Shown: in pieces, positions 30,501 to 35,423 of the stretch
Numbering within the stretch: position 1 is the stretch's first letter
Layout of the letters: each line of letters begins with the position of its first letter
Source of the DNA: Thermoleophilia bacterium
Lineage (GTDB): Bacteria; Actinomycetota; Thermoleophilia; Gaiellales; SKUG01
Reading direction: 5' to 3'
NCBI GenBank assembly: GCA_039811765.1
Contig: JBDHZF010000001.1
Location: 457 to 64,456, forward strand
Length of the DNA: 64,000 nucleotides
The notes under the pieces: generated by a model
What the model saw: the letters and a program-made list of their open reading frames with translations, nothing else
Told to the model about the DNA's origin: nothing
The model's database searches: none
Made by a program: the position numbers and the translations under genes

Positions 30501-30677
30501 ACGATCTGCGACGTGCAGGGCGCCACGAACGTCTACCCGGCGCAGTGGCGCATCGACGACCTGCAGCTCGCCAATCCGGCGCTGCTGCCCGGCTCGCACA
30601 CGTGGAACATCGTCGCGCTCGACGCCGCTGGCAACGCGCGCACGTCGAACCAGACGTGGACGTTCGTCCTGCCGTGA
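18585..30677 (+). CDS. Giant secreted multi-repeat surface/adhesin-like protein (4030 aa) with a PA14 domain
   Basis: A single uninterrupted ORF with signal peptide ...ASLAIVAVLAAAAFIAAPTAAEA. The likely true start is GTG 18609 (GGGGGGA SD 6 nt upstream). It contains a PA14 domain and about 36 beta-sandwich-like modules with recurring D-x-(A/V)-G-N motifs. No C-terminal anchor motif. Confidence 0.9.
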   Translation: MRRFGGITVRTRASLAIVAVLAAAAFIAAPTAAEAGSKNRSTAKSTKLPTWLSDTLGDTASADDSSRSIRDADASIGPFRIAPTLNRTTKLMRPGGWVGWRMLGAPAAPATLHDKGVVYRTGSYDLVQYVRGSRMREAIVVRKRQGNKVWRWRLSQKGPGDRPRVAATGEVTWGNNAVIESPALHKFNGRKVRDLHWTLKGDVLSLHLNDRKLKLPYVIDPPAGPDTKAPDVVFDHFTENTPQYTEIASTGSTLYYNPAQPGSFVVSYVGVDDLSGIAKVSFPNLTPGPGWSAGGDDTTGASTSGNGLNGSYQNYTPCPGASPASAAFSGVGYTRLDPTINFNWGTGGPGAPIANNCFTVRWVGYVVPPSTGAYRFRTITDDGIRVWVDGYTMINNWTDHSSTTDTSGTLTLTAGQPYPIVVDFNENGGDAIMRLFWDLPGGATTYVNVPTANLTPALSYDWTYSWSSGAVQPSPTPAVTATDVTGNVSTPKQFSVVADSTIPTGGSIAYASYLGSSTSQTMTIATGTDAASGVSSWRIERSSATLSGGACTGAWSTWTTVSTNPTAGSVTLAGQPDQQCHQYRLVVVDGVGNEAPYTDSDIVRIDAIAPTLAGVDDGPTTGVDVDWINSGTTLAATWSAPTDAASGVATPTRWCLATTINATGCSGGIVLAYTGVGGATSGTYSPVAFTQGATYYACVRVQDNAGNQTNTCSDGARYDSIAPTAPSVNDGTGADIDVQASTSTLNANWTAGTDAVSGVASHASCVTTSPTGADCAGGAVVTWTTPSAATTAAHTGLSLATGTTYYVCVRSTDNAGNTGVAGCSDGVQIDTTGPLPPAFVYDIVTPSPLDQDWQASSTTLASTWSTTTDPSGILRYELCLTSSSVGADCSAGALQPFTSTALGTNLTVSSLSLANGSKWFACVRAVDTLGNVGSASCSDGVTVDAAAPTTVTVNDGTAADVTWTATATSSSANWSTATDAAGSGVTGYRYCVKGMAGGADCTSGTIYSGPTTIAATNATVASGLPPAGTQHRFCVAAVDAVGNVGAYSCSNGQTADTTAPSVPTAVADSLAADIDWQSSTTTANANWGGSTDGQSGLLGYSYCISTSSSGSDCAGAATAPWTANGVATTFTRASLTLVNGTTYYACVRAQDSVLNNSASACSDGVTVDSGPPTWPGGSTSDDGISPTDIDWVASASTLSSFWSAATDSSGVDHYEFCLSTATNCGGTVVVNWTSTGTTRAQTTGSLALAEGATYYSCVRAYDAAANQSAQLCSDGQRVDSIPPVLPSAVSDGTGADIDWLISLNTASANWPGGSDATSGIGNWAYCVSTGTACSGTIVKTWTNSGVATTMTSSGLSLVEGQLYYVSVRGTDVAGNTTPGSVSSNGQRVDTQSPPAPSIVSDGTGADISYQSTDTSISANWTSVVDPPPGVGVASGLQQFEYCVTTTTNGIDCAGAATVTWTTPAPATSTSVTKTGLMLANGTTYHVCVRAKDVAGNVSMGFPSCSNGVVIDIGPPTASWTSWTENSANLYSPGGNVLWYNPAAPAAGSGTATATVTATDPGAGMDHVDFPALAAAGWGGGGTDSSVGPLNTWTWNYTFTGGGTIGDPALNHATAYDAGGAFTGSPQLDFDIRPDSAAPTGGTMAALPGTLQKTTTLVQSVPLGSDADSGVARWVMDYQFAPLTDNVCGAWDPWVDGSATTGYFGTAVNGTTLSITHHLNDPDFNGVADYHDSFCYRTQVHVFDNVGNEQLIPANGLQKFDFGVPDVSFSTPANGSAQSGTFTISGSTDDVWAGGGAEYANTGSGIQQVAVTYLLPDGPDADSLPDASGNACAPITAFTGAWTALVWNCSWNTSALPDGTYTVSAQATDRAGNVSTIATRTFLLDNNAPIAAWHSWDDHANSNIHAVGNVAWVNPNASPSSYVLDARVTAYDAGSGVASVSFPALGAGWLPASTTAATFTSPVPATNAYTLSYTFTNPASLVASGAVSATATDGAGNPTSIPFEVRLDGNAPTGATSTLTAGRQSSPNVIVNLGSGSDGALESGIAAWTLRYDTAPLTGDTCGSFTGSWSVATTGFGLAPATYSHDVTALGSNCYTYMLQVADNVGNVGVSAASAARRVDLAKPTVAITSPASGTPHTGTFTVSGDAVDAHTGIDHVALAWTGPSSTSGSICNPTTTLTGSAPNYSFGCSWNTSALPDGTYTITATSYDLAGNVSNTHSITAILDNNPPSVGFHSFVESTPYTYWAGPIGTNHELWYNPNAPAGSYAFQVLVDASDPGGVNRVEFEGAGTGWTPGGSVGTQTVAVGPATRYAQTYSFDTSGTVADPATLHATAFDPANNPGSTTFELTPDTADPAAGSVAYANGFVGSTSVVVTRASGGDGTGSGIAGWQLQRADGTLSGASCTGWGTYATIASGSGQTTGTTTDTVSDPGCFRYQMVVTDNVGRVGTFTSASEVKVDLVPPTGSVVLSKGANPQFQYLATPTRLFVNTSAAGSGDFHVDVNASAASGILDVTFPTLATGFTGAGTVAGPGASFPHVYSWTASAGTPTTPSNVVVRSNSLGSLNLPFEVIADSTAPTAAAPTHTSGFTTSTSVAVSYTNGTDGTGSGIVSHQLERETGVLSGGTCMWNNDWTAFGPLNGPATQTDSTLVTATCYHYRTTMVDNVGNVGHSPSSTPIMVDTTPPTGATITLAEATNPTRQYLVSANTIWVAADPGAASTFTATVSATDPESGTGAAVFPSLGSTFTLTSTGPSSATYTWNNTATTPAVAPTVLVANGSGLSTSIPFTVTVDGAAPTGATIDQENGFVTDFQVDTTFAGGGDGAGSGIASWRVERRSAPYSVGPDTCGTWTAWTSLGTPASPLADTAVVQPTCYQYRIVEVDNVGNVETVSDGDTAKVITDIFPPAAFNLTLPTNPTLPTIDTGAPVTACETVPAYTSSTPSLSWTASSDAESGLQGYDVYVDGTGTLDANVAAPATSWTAPTLADGAHTLGVRARDNESNTTDAGPAFPANFRVDTAAPTVSLAAPAAGSWTSDTTPTLDWNASDANCLARIEVSVDGSAVAVASGTEGSWTPTAPLAMGMHTWSFTAWDSAGNSTTSGPHAFGIDTVPPNPFAITSPSTGTTVRGFIDVTWSVAIDADSGLAPATAYQVLRDGSVVGSYGPGATSAHVTGITAGAHTIVVRAFDAVGNATDTSSISFTGYPAIAPPTLVSPAAGAFLNVVPTLSWNWTPDGGPAPTSYEAMVDGSSAGITTHPTSSLAIADPGDGNHTWLVRQTDPYTGVVTSLSRTFVLDRTLPINPGPLTRVATTISWPAPIDLASPVASGIDHQVFFVDDGSTTTSATIPAGATSHNYGLLPDGTYTMWVRAVDRAGNTTDSPTITVVNDSAPPTAFTLTAPAALPAAPAITNGSMTDPSCMSDPTYVTGTPTLSWSASSDATSGLASYDVYVDGTLAASVGAGVTSWTPATALSGGAHTWYVVAKDNFGLTTQSTPHPMNVRVDGASPTVAYAAPAAGAFTSDTTPAFSWTAGDDSCLARVELTVGSNVYMLTGSASSFTPSTVLPEGPTTWSLRAFDSAGNVVSSGAPRTVNIDTTAPTSVTAIFPTNSGSAPEQMMTFQWSAGSDGSGSGVDHYDLIVDGASSGTGITATSRGTFPIYAGAHTWAVRAYDAVGNSALFNFSFTATPVPDTTPPNAFNLLTPADGSTLPTGGSLTWEPAWDFKGVSQYRVFIDGTFTASTSASTTSFTPSTGSGAPLCTADFDPGTSCGGYVGAPTFSYGTRATTTASGLASYAPWNNMSYSGWSASGGAIGVGDPTVTPRTSAAAGYDGNRAWTAMEYSVTVPATGADLRFQHRYDFHANGESGYDGGAVEIMVDKLNDGFANDTWEGTCVKGTKSINGVTLDCKYDIMATDGGFNAAMGGSSKNEHPLAAEAAFSGNSNGIVQSRMSLADFAGKTIKVRFKIGMDGCYTGITGSAKTICDVQGATNVYPAQWRIDDLQLANPALLPGSHTWNIVALDAAGNARTSNQTWTFVLP
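19500..19950 (+). other. PA14 domain-coding segment of the giant ORF
   Basis: NGLNGSYQNY...INFNWG...FTVRWVGYVVPPSTGAYRFRTITDDGIRVWVDG...NNW...LTAGQPYPIVVDFNENGGDAIMRLFW follows the PA14 pattern. Boundaries are approximate. Confidence 0.75.
20400..23125 (+). repeat. Eight tandem ~113-aa 'A' modules (Cys-bearing Fn3/Ig-like) inside the giant ORF
   Basis: The module pattern D-G-x-G-x-D-I-D-W...ANW...D..SG...Y.YC......C.G....WT......GL.L..G.TYY.CVRA.D.AGN....CSDG..VD..(A/P)P repeats 8 times with an approximately 340-nt period. Boundaries are set by eye. Confidence 0.75.
23120..27290 (+). repeat. Five higher-order units (C-B-D, C-B-D, C-B, C-B, C-B) inside the giant ORF
   Basis: C module: W.SW.E....Y..G..LWYNP.AP...; B module: D..APTGG...SG....C..W....C..Y...V.DNVGN; D module: TSPA.G..GTFT.SG...CSWNTSALPDGTYT..A...D.AGNVS. 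Units start at roughly 23120, 24245, 25270, 25950 and 26615. Confidence 0.7.
27290..29825 (+). repeat. Nine ~90-110-aa 'E' Ig-like modules inside the giant ORF (the ninth is completed after 30575)
   Basis: The pattern P..F.L..P......P.LSW..S.D..SG...Y.V.VDG.......T.WTP...L..G.HTW.V.A.D..GN recurs. The E1-E2 block (about 27290-27900) is re-used as E6-E7 (about 28735-29345). Confidence 0.7.
29826..30575 (+). other. ~250-aa jelly-roll-like domain inserted into the last E module
   Basis: The insert contains ...LRFQHRYDFHANGESGYDGGAVEIMVDKLNDG...GKTIKVRFKIGMDG...WRIDDLQL. It is flanked by the two halves of an E module (...TSFTPSTGSG / ALLPGSHTWNIVALDAAGN...). Confidence 0.6.
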
Positions 30678-30784
30678 GACGCGACGTCGCGGCGGAAATC
30701 CCGCACGCGTGGCAGTCGATGCTGCAATGTGGCGCGGGCGCGTCGACTCGACGCCACTGGGAGTCCGATCACCCGCCACGACCA

Positions 30785-30890
30785 CTAGGTTGACCACACC
30801 GCCCACATCGGGCGGCCTCATCAACCTAGTGCTCCGCACGGGCCACTAGGTTGACCACATCGCCCTTCTTGGGCGACCTCATCAACCTAG
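30785..30890. repeat. Two tandem 45-nt CTAG-bounded hairpin elements (61-nt period)
   Basis: The copies are CTAGGTTGACCACACCGCCCACATCGGGCGGCCTCATCAACCTAG (30785-30829) and CTAGGTTGACCACATCGCCCTTCTTGGGCGACCTCATCAACCTAG (30846-30890). Outer 9-bp and inner 6-bp stems are conserved. Confidence 0.8.
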
Positions 30891-30925
30891 AGGACGTGGC
30901 AGAAATACCCGTGGATGGCAGACGA
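30887..30925. repeat. Solo copy of the left arm of the CTAG-GGACGTGGCAGAA element
   Basis: CTAGAGGACGTGGCAGAAATACCCGTGGATGGCAGACGA matches 37752-37790 at 35 of 39 positions. No matching right arm follows. Confidence 0.75.
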
Positions 30926-31025
30926 CTGGCTCGATGGGGTTGGCGAGTCAGAACGTGAAGCGCGGTCTGAGGCCCGTGCGAACGATCCCTCCGCGTCCGC
31001 GCGCGATTGCGGCTGCGACTGATCG

Positions 31026-31991
31026 TCACGCGAAGGTGCGCGAGCGACGCGACCGCACCCATACGCGCGAGCCGACGTCGAGCCCGAGCTCTTCCACGCG
31101 ATCGCGGGTGAGCTGCGCCCACACGTGCCACGCGTCCGCACGCTGCAGCTCCACGCGCACCTCGAATCCGAGATGCACGACGCGTGTCACGTCCGCCTGC
31201 GCGCCGCCGTCGATCTCGTCGTTGGAGATCTCCAAGTCGTGCGGGCGAACGAGCGCGCCGTCCACTTCGGTCACCGGACCGAGGAAACCCATCACGAATT
31301 CGTTCGCGGGGTGCTCGTACACCTCGCCGGGCGCGCCCACCTGCTGGATCTCCCCGTGGTCGAGTATCACCACTTCGTCGGCGATGTCCATCGCCTCTTC
31401 CTGGTCGTGCGTCACGATCACGGTGGTGACGTGCATGTCGTCGTGCAGGTGGCGCAGCCACGTGCGCAGCTCGCGCCGCACCTTCGCGTCGAGCGCGCCG
31501 AACGGTTCGTCGAGCAGCAGCACTGACGGCTCGATCGCGAGCGAGCGCGCGAGCGCCATGCGCTGGCGCTGCCCGCCGGAGAGCTGCGACGGGTAGCGCT
31601 CGGCGAGACCGTCCAGCTGCACCAGCGACAACAGCTCGTGCACGCGATCGCGAATCGCGGATCGGGCGCGACGCTCCTTGCGCGGCTTGATGCGCATGCC
31701 GAACGCGACGTTCTCGAACACCGTCATGTGACGGAATGGCGCGTAGTGCTGGAACACGAAGCCGATGCCGCGATCCTGCGGCGCGAGCTCGGTCACGTCG
31801 GCGCCGCCGATCACGACCGTTCCCGCGTCCGGAATCTCAAGGCCCGCGATGATGCGAAGCAGCGTCGACTTGCCGCTTCCCGAGGGGCCGAGCAGCGCCG
31901 TGAGCGATCCGTCGCCGATCGACACGTCGACCTCGCGCAGCGCGACATGCCCACCGAAGGTTCGGCTCACGCCGTGTACGTCGATGCTCAT
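31026..31991 (-). CDS. cysA: Sulfate/thiosulfate ABC transporter ATP-binding protein
   Basis: In-frame ATG 31991 ([14 protein letters not shown]...). Walker [10 protein letters not shown], signature LSGGQRQR, Walker B LLLDEP. It is last in the cysPTWA gene order. Confidence 0.9.
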   Translation of the reverse strand: MSIDVHGVSRTFGGHVALREVDVSIGDGSLTALLGPSGSGKSTLLRIIAGLEIPDAGTVVIGGADVTELAPQDRGIGFVFQHYAPFRHMTVFENVAFGMRIKPRKERRARSAIRDRVHELLSLVQLDGLAERYPSQLSGGQRQRMALARSLAIEPSVLLLDEPFGALDAKVRRELRTWLRHLHDDMHVTTVIVTHDQEEAMDIADEVVILDHGEIQQVGAPGEVYEHPANEFVMGFLGPVTEVDGALVRPHDLEISNDEIDGGAQADVTRVVHLGFEVRVELQRADAWHVWAQLTRDRVEELGLDVGSRVWVRSRRSRTFA

Positions 31992-31995
31992 CGCG

Positions 31996-32808
31996 TCAGT
32001 TCCTTTCCTGCGATTCGTCGTGACCCGTCGCGGAGCGTCCAAGCACGGTCATCATTCCGAGGATGCCGATCGCGAGCGAAGCGAGCACGAGCGCGGATCC
32101 GTACACCGCAACGGTGTCGAATCGGGCGTAGCTCTCCTCGATGTGCACCGTGAGCGTCTCGGTGCGACCGACGATCTTCCCGCTCACGACCGCGACGGCG
32201 CCGTATTCGCCGAGCGCGCGAGCCGCCGTCAACACCACGCCATATGCCACGCCCCAGCGGATCGATGGCAACGTGATGCGCCAGAAGGTGGTCCAGCTGC
32301 TCGCGCCCAATGTCCACGCCGCCTGCTCTTGTTCGTCGCCGATCTCCTCGAGCACGGGCACCACTTCGCGCACCACGAACGGCAAGGTGACGAACACGGT
32401 TGCGAAGACGATCCCCGGCAGCGCGTAGATCACCGGAAATCCGACGTCGACGAGCCACGTGCCGAACCAGCCGTTCACGCCGAACGTGAGCAGCAGCGCG
32501 AGCCCCACTACCACGGGCGAGATCGCGAACGGGAGGTCGATGATCGCGTTCAGCAGCGCCGTGCCGCGAGGGCGCCGTCGCACGACCAGCAGGGCGCAGG
32601 CGATTCCGAAGATCGTGTTGACGAGCACGCTCGCCCCCAGCGCGATCAGCGTGAGCTTGAGCGCGTGCACCGCCGCAGGATCGGTGATCGCGTTCCACAA
32701 CTCGTCGAGCCCTTGCCCGAGCGCATTGTAGAACACCATGTAAAAGGGTCCGATCACGAGCATGCCGACCCACACGAGCGCGAACACGCGAAGCACGTAC
32801 CTGCTCAT
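31996..32808 (-). CDS. cysW: Sulfate ABC transporter permease
   Basis: In-frame ATG 32808 ([13 protein letters not shown]...), ATGA overlap with cysT, and the EAA-type loop [17 protein letters not shown]. Confidence 0.88.
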   Translation of the reverse strand: MSRYVLRVFALVWVGMLVIGPFYMVFYNALGQGLDELWNAITDPAAVHALKLTLIALGASVLVNTIFGIACALLVVRRRPRGTALLNAIIDLPFAISPVVVGLALLLTFGVNGWFGTWLVDVGFPVIYALPGIVFATVFVTLPFVVREVVPVLEEIGDEQEQAAWTLGASSWTTFWRITLPSIRWGVAYGVVLTAARALGEYGAVAVVSGKIVGRTETLTVHIEESYARFDTVAVYGSALVLASLAIGILGMMTVLGRSATGHDESQERN

Positions 32809-33608
32809 CGCATCGACCTCCGCCTGATCACGTCGAGCACGGCCAGCACGATCACGCTGGTGCCGAGCAGCACGCAACTCACCGCGGCGGCGCCAGCCGG
32901 GTCGGCGCTTTCGATCAGTCCGAAGATGTAGACCGACGCGACCTCGGTGTGGAACGGCACGTTGCCGCTGATCAGCACGATCGAGCCGAACTCGCCGATC
33001 GCCTTCGCGAACGAGAGGCCCGTGCCGGTGACGATCGCGGGCACGAGCGCCGGCAGAATGATGCGACGAACGACCGTGCGCGGCTTGGCGCCGAGCGACT
33101 GCGCGGCCTGCTCCACTTCCCGATCGAGTTCCATCAGCACCGGTTGGACGCTGCGAACCACGAACGGAAACGTGACGAAGAGCAGCGCGGCGTAGACGCT
33201 CGCTCGCTGGAAGGCGATGTTCACGTGCACCGGCGAGGACGGGCCGTACAGCGCAAGCAGCGTGAGACCCGCCACGATCGTGGGCAGCGCGAACGGCAGG
33301 TCGATGACCGCGTTGAGCAACCGCTTGCCACGGAATCGATCGCGCACGAGCACCCACGCCACGAGCGTGCCCGTGATCGCGTTCACGAACGCGATCACGA
33401 TCGACGCGAGAAACGTGAACTTGAGGGCCGCGCGCGCCTGCGGATTCGAGAGCGTGCGCACGAACGCGTCGTCGCCGTCCTTCGTCGCGCTCCAGATCAC
33501 CGCGGACAGCGGCAAGATCACGACGAAGCCGAGCACCGCCGCGACGATGCCGATCGACAGCACGTCGCGCCCGCTCGAGCCTCGCCGGATCTTCGCCTCG
33601 TCAGCCAT
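32805..33608 (-). CDS. cysT: Sulfate ABC transporter permease
   Basis: Track ORF of 267 aa. It has the loop MELDREVEQAAQSLGAKP and an 8-nt overlap with the binding-protein gene. Confidence 0.88.
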   Translation of the reverse strand: MADEAKIRRGSSGRDVLSIGIVAAVLGFVVILPLSAVIWSATKDGDDAFVRTLSNPQARAALKFTFLASIVIAFVNAITGTLVAWVLVRDRFRGKRLLNAVIDLPFALPTIVAGLTLLALYGPSSPVHVNIAFQRASVYAALLFVTFPFVVRSVQPVLMELDREVEQAAQSLGAKPRTVVRRIILPALVPAIVTGTGLSFAKAIGEFGSIVLISGNVPFHTEVASVYIFGLIESADPAGAAAVSCVLLGTSVIVLAVLDVIRRRSMR

Positions 33609-34647
33609 CCGTGGAAACGCCGAGCTTCTTCTCGATGTCGGCCACGTACCCCTTGTCTCGGTCGAAGAAGTCGTCCATCACCGCGTCCCAGCCGCCGAGG
33701 TCGTCGATCGTGAACAGGTCTTTCGGCTCCGGGAACGCTACTCCTGCCGCATCCGCGGCTCCGTCCACCACCGGGCGATACCCGTGCTTGGCGAACGTCT
33801 GCTGCGCCTCGTCCGAGTAGAGGAACTTCACCCATGCGTCGACGGCCTCCTTCGCCTTCGTGCCGTCGAGCGTGGCCATCGGGTTCTCGATCAGGATCGT
33901 GGAGTCGGGCACAATGTGCTCGAAGTCGCCACCCTCGGCCTCGGCCTGGATCGCTTCCTGCTCGTAGGCAAGCATCGCGTCGCCCTTGCCAGTGCCGAAC
34001 ACCTGCAACGCCTCGCGAGCGCTCTTGCTCTGCACCGGCGTGTTCTTGAGCAGCTGCTCCATCTTGTCGAGCGCCTCGTCGTGGCTGTCGCCGGCGCGCG
34101 TCCACGCGCCGTACGCCGCCATCAGGTTCCAGCGCGCGCCGCCCGACGTGAACGGGTTCGGCGTCACGACCTCCACGTCGTCGTCGAGCAAGTCGTCCCA
34201 CGTCTTGATGTGCTTCGGGTTGCCCTTGCGCACGACGATGGCAACCGTGCTGTTGGTGAGCATGCCGTCGTGACCACCGACCGTGGTCCAGTCGTCGGAC
34301 ACGAGCTTCGCGTCGACGAGCCGCTGCACGTCGGGCTGGAGCGCGAGGTGGACGAAGTCGGTGGGCAGGCCGCCTTCCACGGCGCGCGACTGCTCGCCTG
34401 ACGAGCCGTAGGACTGGTCGAACTGCACGTCCTTGCCGTCCTTGGTCTTGTTGAACATCGGGATCAGCTCTTCGTAGGCCTCGCGCGGCGTGGAGAACGC
34501 CACGAGCGAAATGCGATCGCCGGCGTTCGGCGCCGACGCGGATTTCTTGGTCGAGTCGCTGTCGGAATCGCAGCCCGTGGCGAACACAGCGGCCATGGCG
34601 ATGGGGACGAGCGCGCGCAGCGCCGTGCGAAGCTTCGAAGTGGCCAT
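33601..34647 (-). CDS. Sulfate/thiosulfate-binding lipoprotein (Sbp/CysP/SubI family)
   Basis: In-frame ATG 34647 (MATSKLRTALRALVPIAMAAVFATGC, lipobox). The conserved motif TSGGARWN is present. Confidence 0.88.
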   Translation of the reverse strand: MATSKLRTALRALVPIAMAAVFATGCDSDSDSTKKSASAPNAGDRISLVAFSTPREAYEELIPMFNKTKDGKDVQFDQSYGSSGEQSRAVEGGLPTDFVHLALQPDVQRLVDAKLVSDDWTTVGGHDGMLTNSTVAIVVRKGNPKHIKTWDDLLDDDVEVVTPNPFTSGGARWNLMAAYGAWTRAGDSHDEALDKMEQLLKNTPVQSKSAREALQVFGTGKGDAMLAYEQEAIQAEAEGGDFEHIVPDSTILIENPMATLDGTKAKEAVDAWVKFLYSDEAQQTFAKHGYRPVVDGAADAAGVAFPEPKDLFTIDDLGGWDAVMDDFFDRDKGYVADIEKKLGVSTDG

Positions 34648-34841
34648 GCTGAATGGTCCTTTCACATATTTCCTACCGAACAGGCCGGGATTATGGAGAA
34701 GCGGGTCGGACGCAGTCAAGTCGACCAAACGAATCTCGATTCAACCGGTTGGATTTCCGGGTCATGCCCATGCGGCCGCCCAGGGCTGGGGAGTCCGGTT
34801 TTGAGCGGGGTCCGGGGCTCGGCTCGCGCCACTATCGAGCG

Positions 34842-34886
34842 AATCCGACGGTTCAGGCGACGGATTCGCCCGATAGCGCTCGCCAC
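34842..34886. promoter_or_regulatory. 16-bp-arm inverted repeat in the cysP/Rrf2 divergent region (operator or leader-hairpin candidate)
   Basis: CTATCGAGCGAATCCG (34842-34857) pairs with the reverse complement of CGGATTCGCCCGATAG (34871-34886) at 15 of 16 positions, with a 13-nt spacer. Confidence 0.35.
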
Positions 34887-34961
34887 GACCTCACGCCAAC
34901 GAGCCACGACCTCAAGGCACGGTTCTCCGTGTGCAGGGCCTCGATCTGCGAGGATCGGCGC

Positions 34962-35423
34962 ATGAGGATCTCCGCCAAAGCCGAATACGCCGTGCGGGCG
35001 GCGCTCGAGCTGGCCGCGGCCGTGGACGACGGCGCACCGATGAAGGCGGAAGCGATCTCGCGCGCGCAGGAGATCCCGGCGAAGTTCCTCGAATCGATCC
35101 TGCTGGATCTGCGCCGCGCGGATCTCGTGCGCAGCCAACGCGGCGCCGTGGGCGGCTATTGGCTCGCGACCGAGCCCGACGAGGTGTCGATCGCGGACGT
35201 GATCCGCGCGGTGGACGGTCCGCTCGCGTACGTGCGCGGCGAGCGACCCGAGCACGTGGAGTACTCCGGCGCGTCCGAACACCTGTCGGGAATCTGGATC
35301 GCGCTGCGCGCCAGCTTGCGCATCGTGCTCGAGGAGACATCGCTTGCCGACGTGCTCGACGGACGGCTTCCCGCCCCGGTGAGCGCGCTGGTCAACGACC
35401 CCGACAGCTGGACTCCGCACTGA
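34962..35423 (+). CDS. Rrf2-family transcriptional regulator without cysteines (CymR-like)
   Basis: In-frame ATG 34962. MRISAKAEYAVRAALELA...IPAKFLESILLDLRRADLVRSQRGAVGGYWLA is a typical Rrf2 wHTH. No Cys residue is present anywhere in the protein. Confidence 0.88.
   Translation: MRISAKAEYAVRAALELAAAVDDGAPMKAEAISRAQEIPAKFLESILLDLRRADLVRSQRGAVGGYWLATEPDEVSIADVIRAVDGPLAYVRGERPEHVEYSGASEHLSGIWIALRASLRIVLEETSLADVLDGRLPAPVSALVNDPDSWTPH

Noticed and set aside
30785-30890. Possible mini-CRISPR (two direct repeats with a 61-nt period).
   Set aside because: There are only two copies and the 'spacer' is 16 nt. The repeats are long internal hairpins, and no cas genes are present. A REP/terminator-like description fits better.
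30848-30958. Short peptide-like frames across the CTAG elements (LEDVAEIPVDG... at 30887, LEDVAEVPVDG... at 37752).
   Set aside because: No start codon is present. The similarity on both strands follows from the palindromic DNA (both arms encode L-x-DVAE), and the frames are closed by the CTAG stops.
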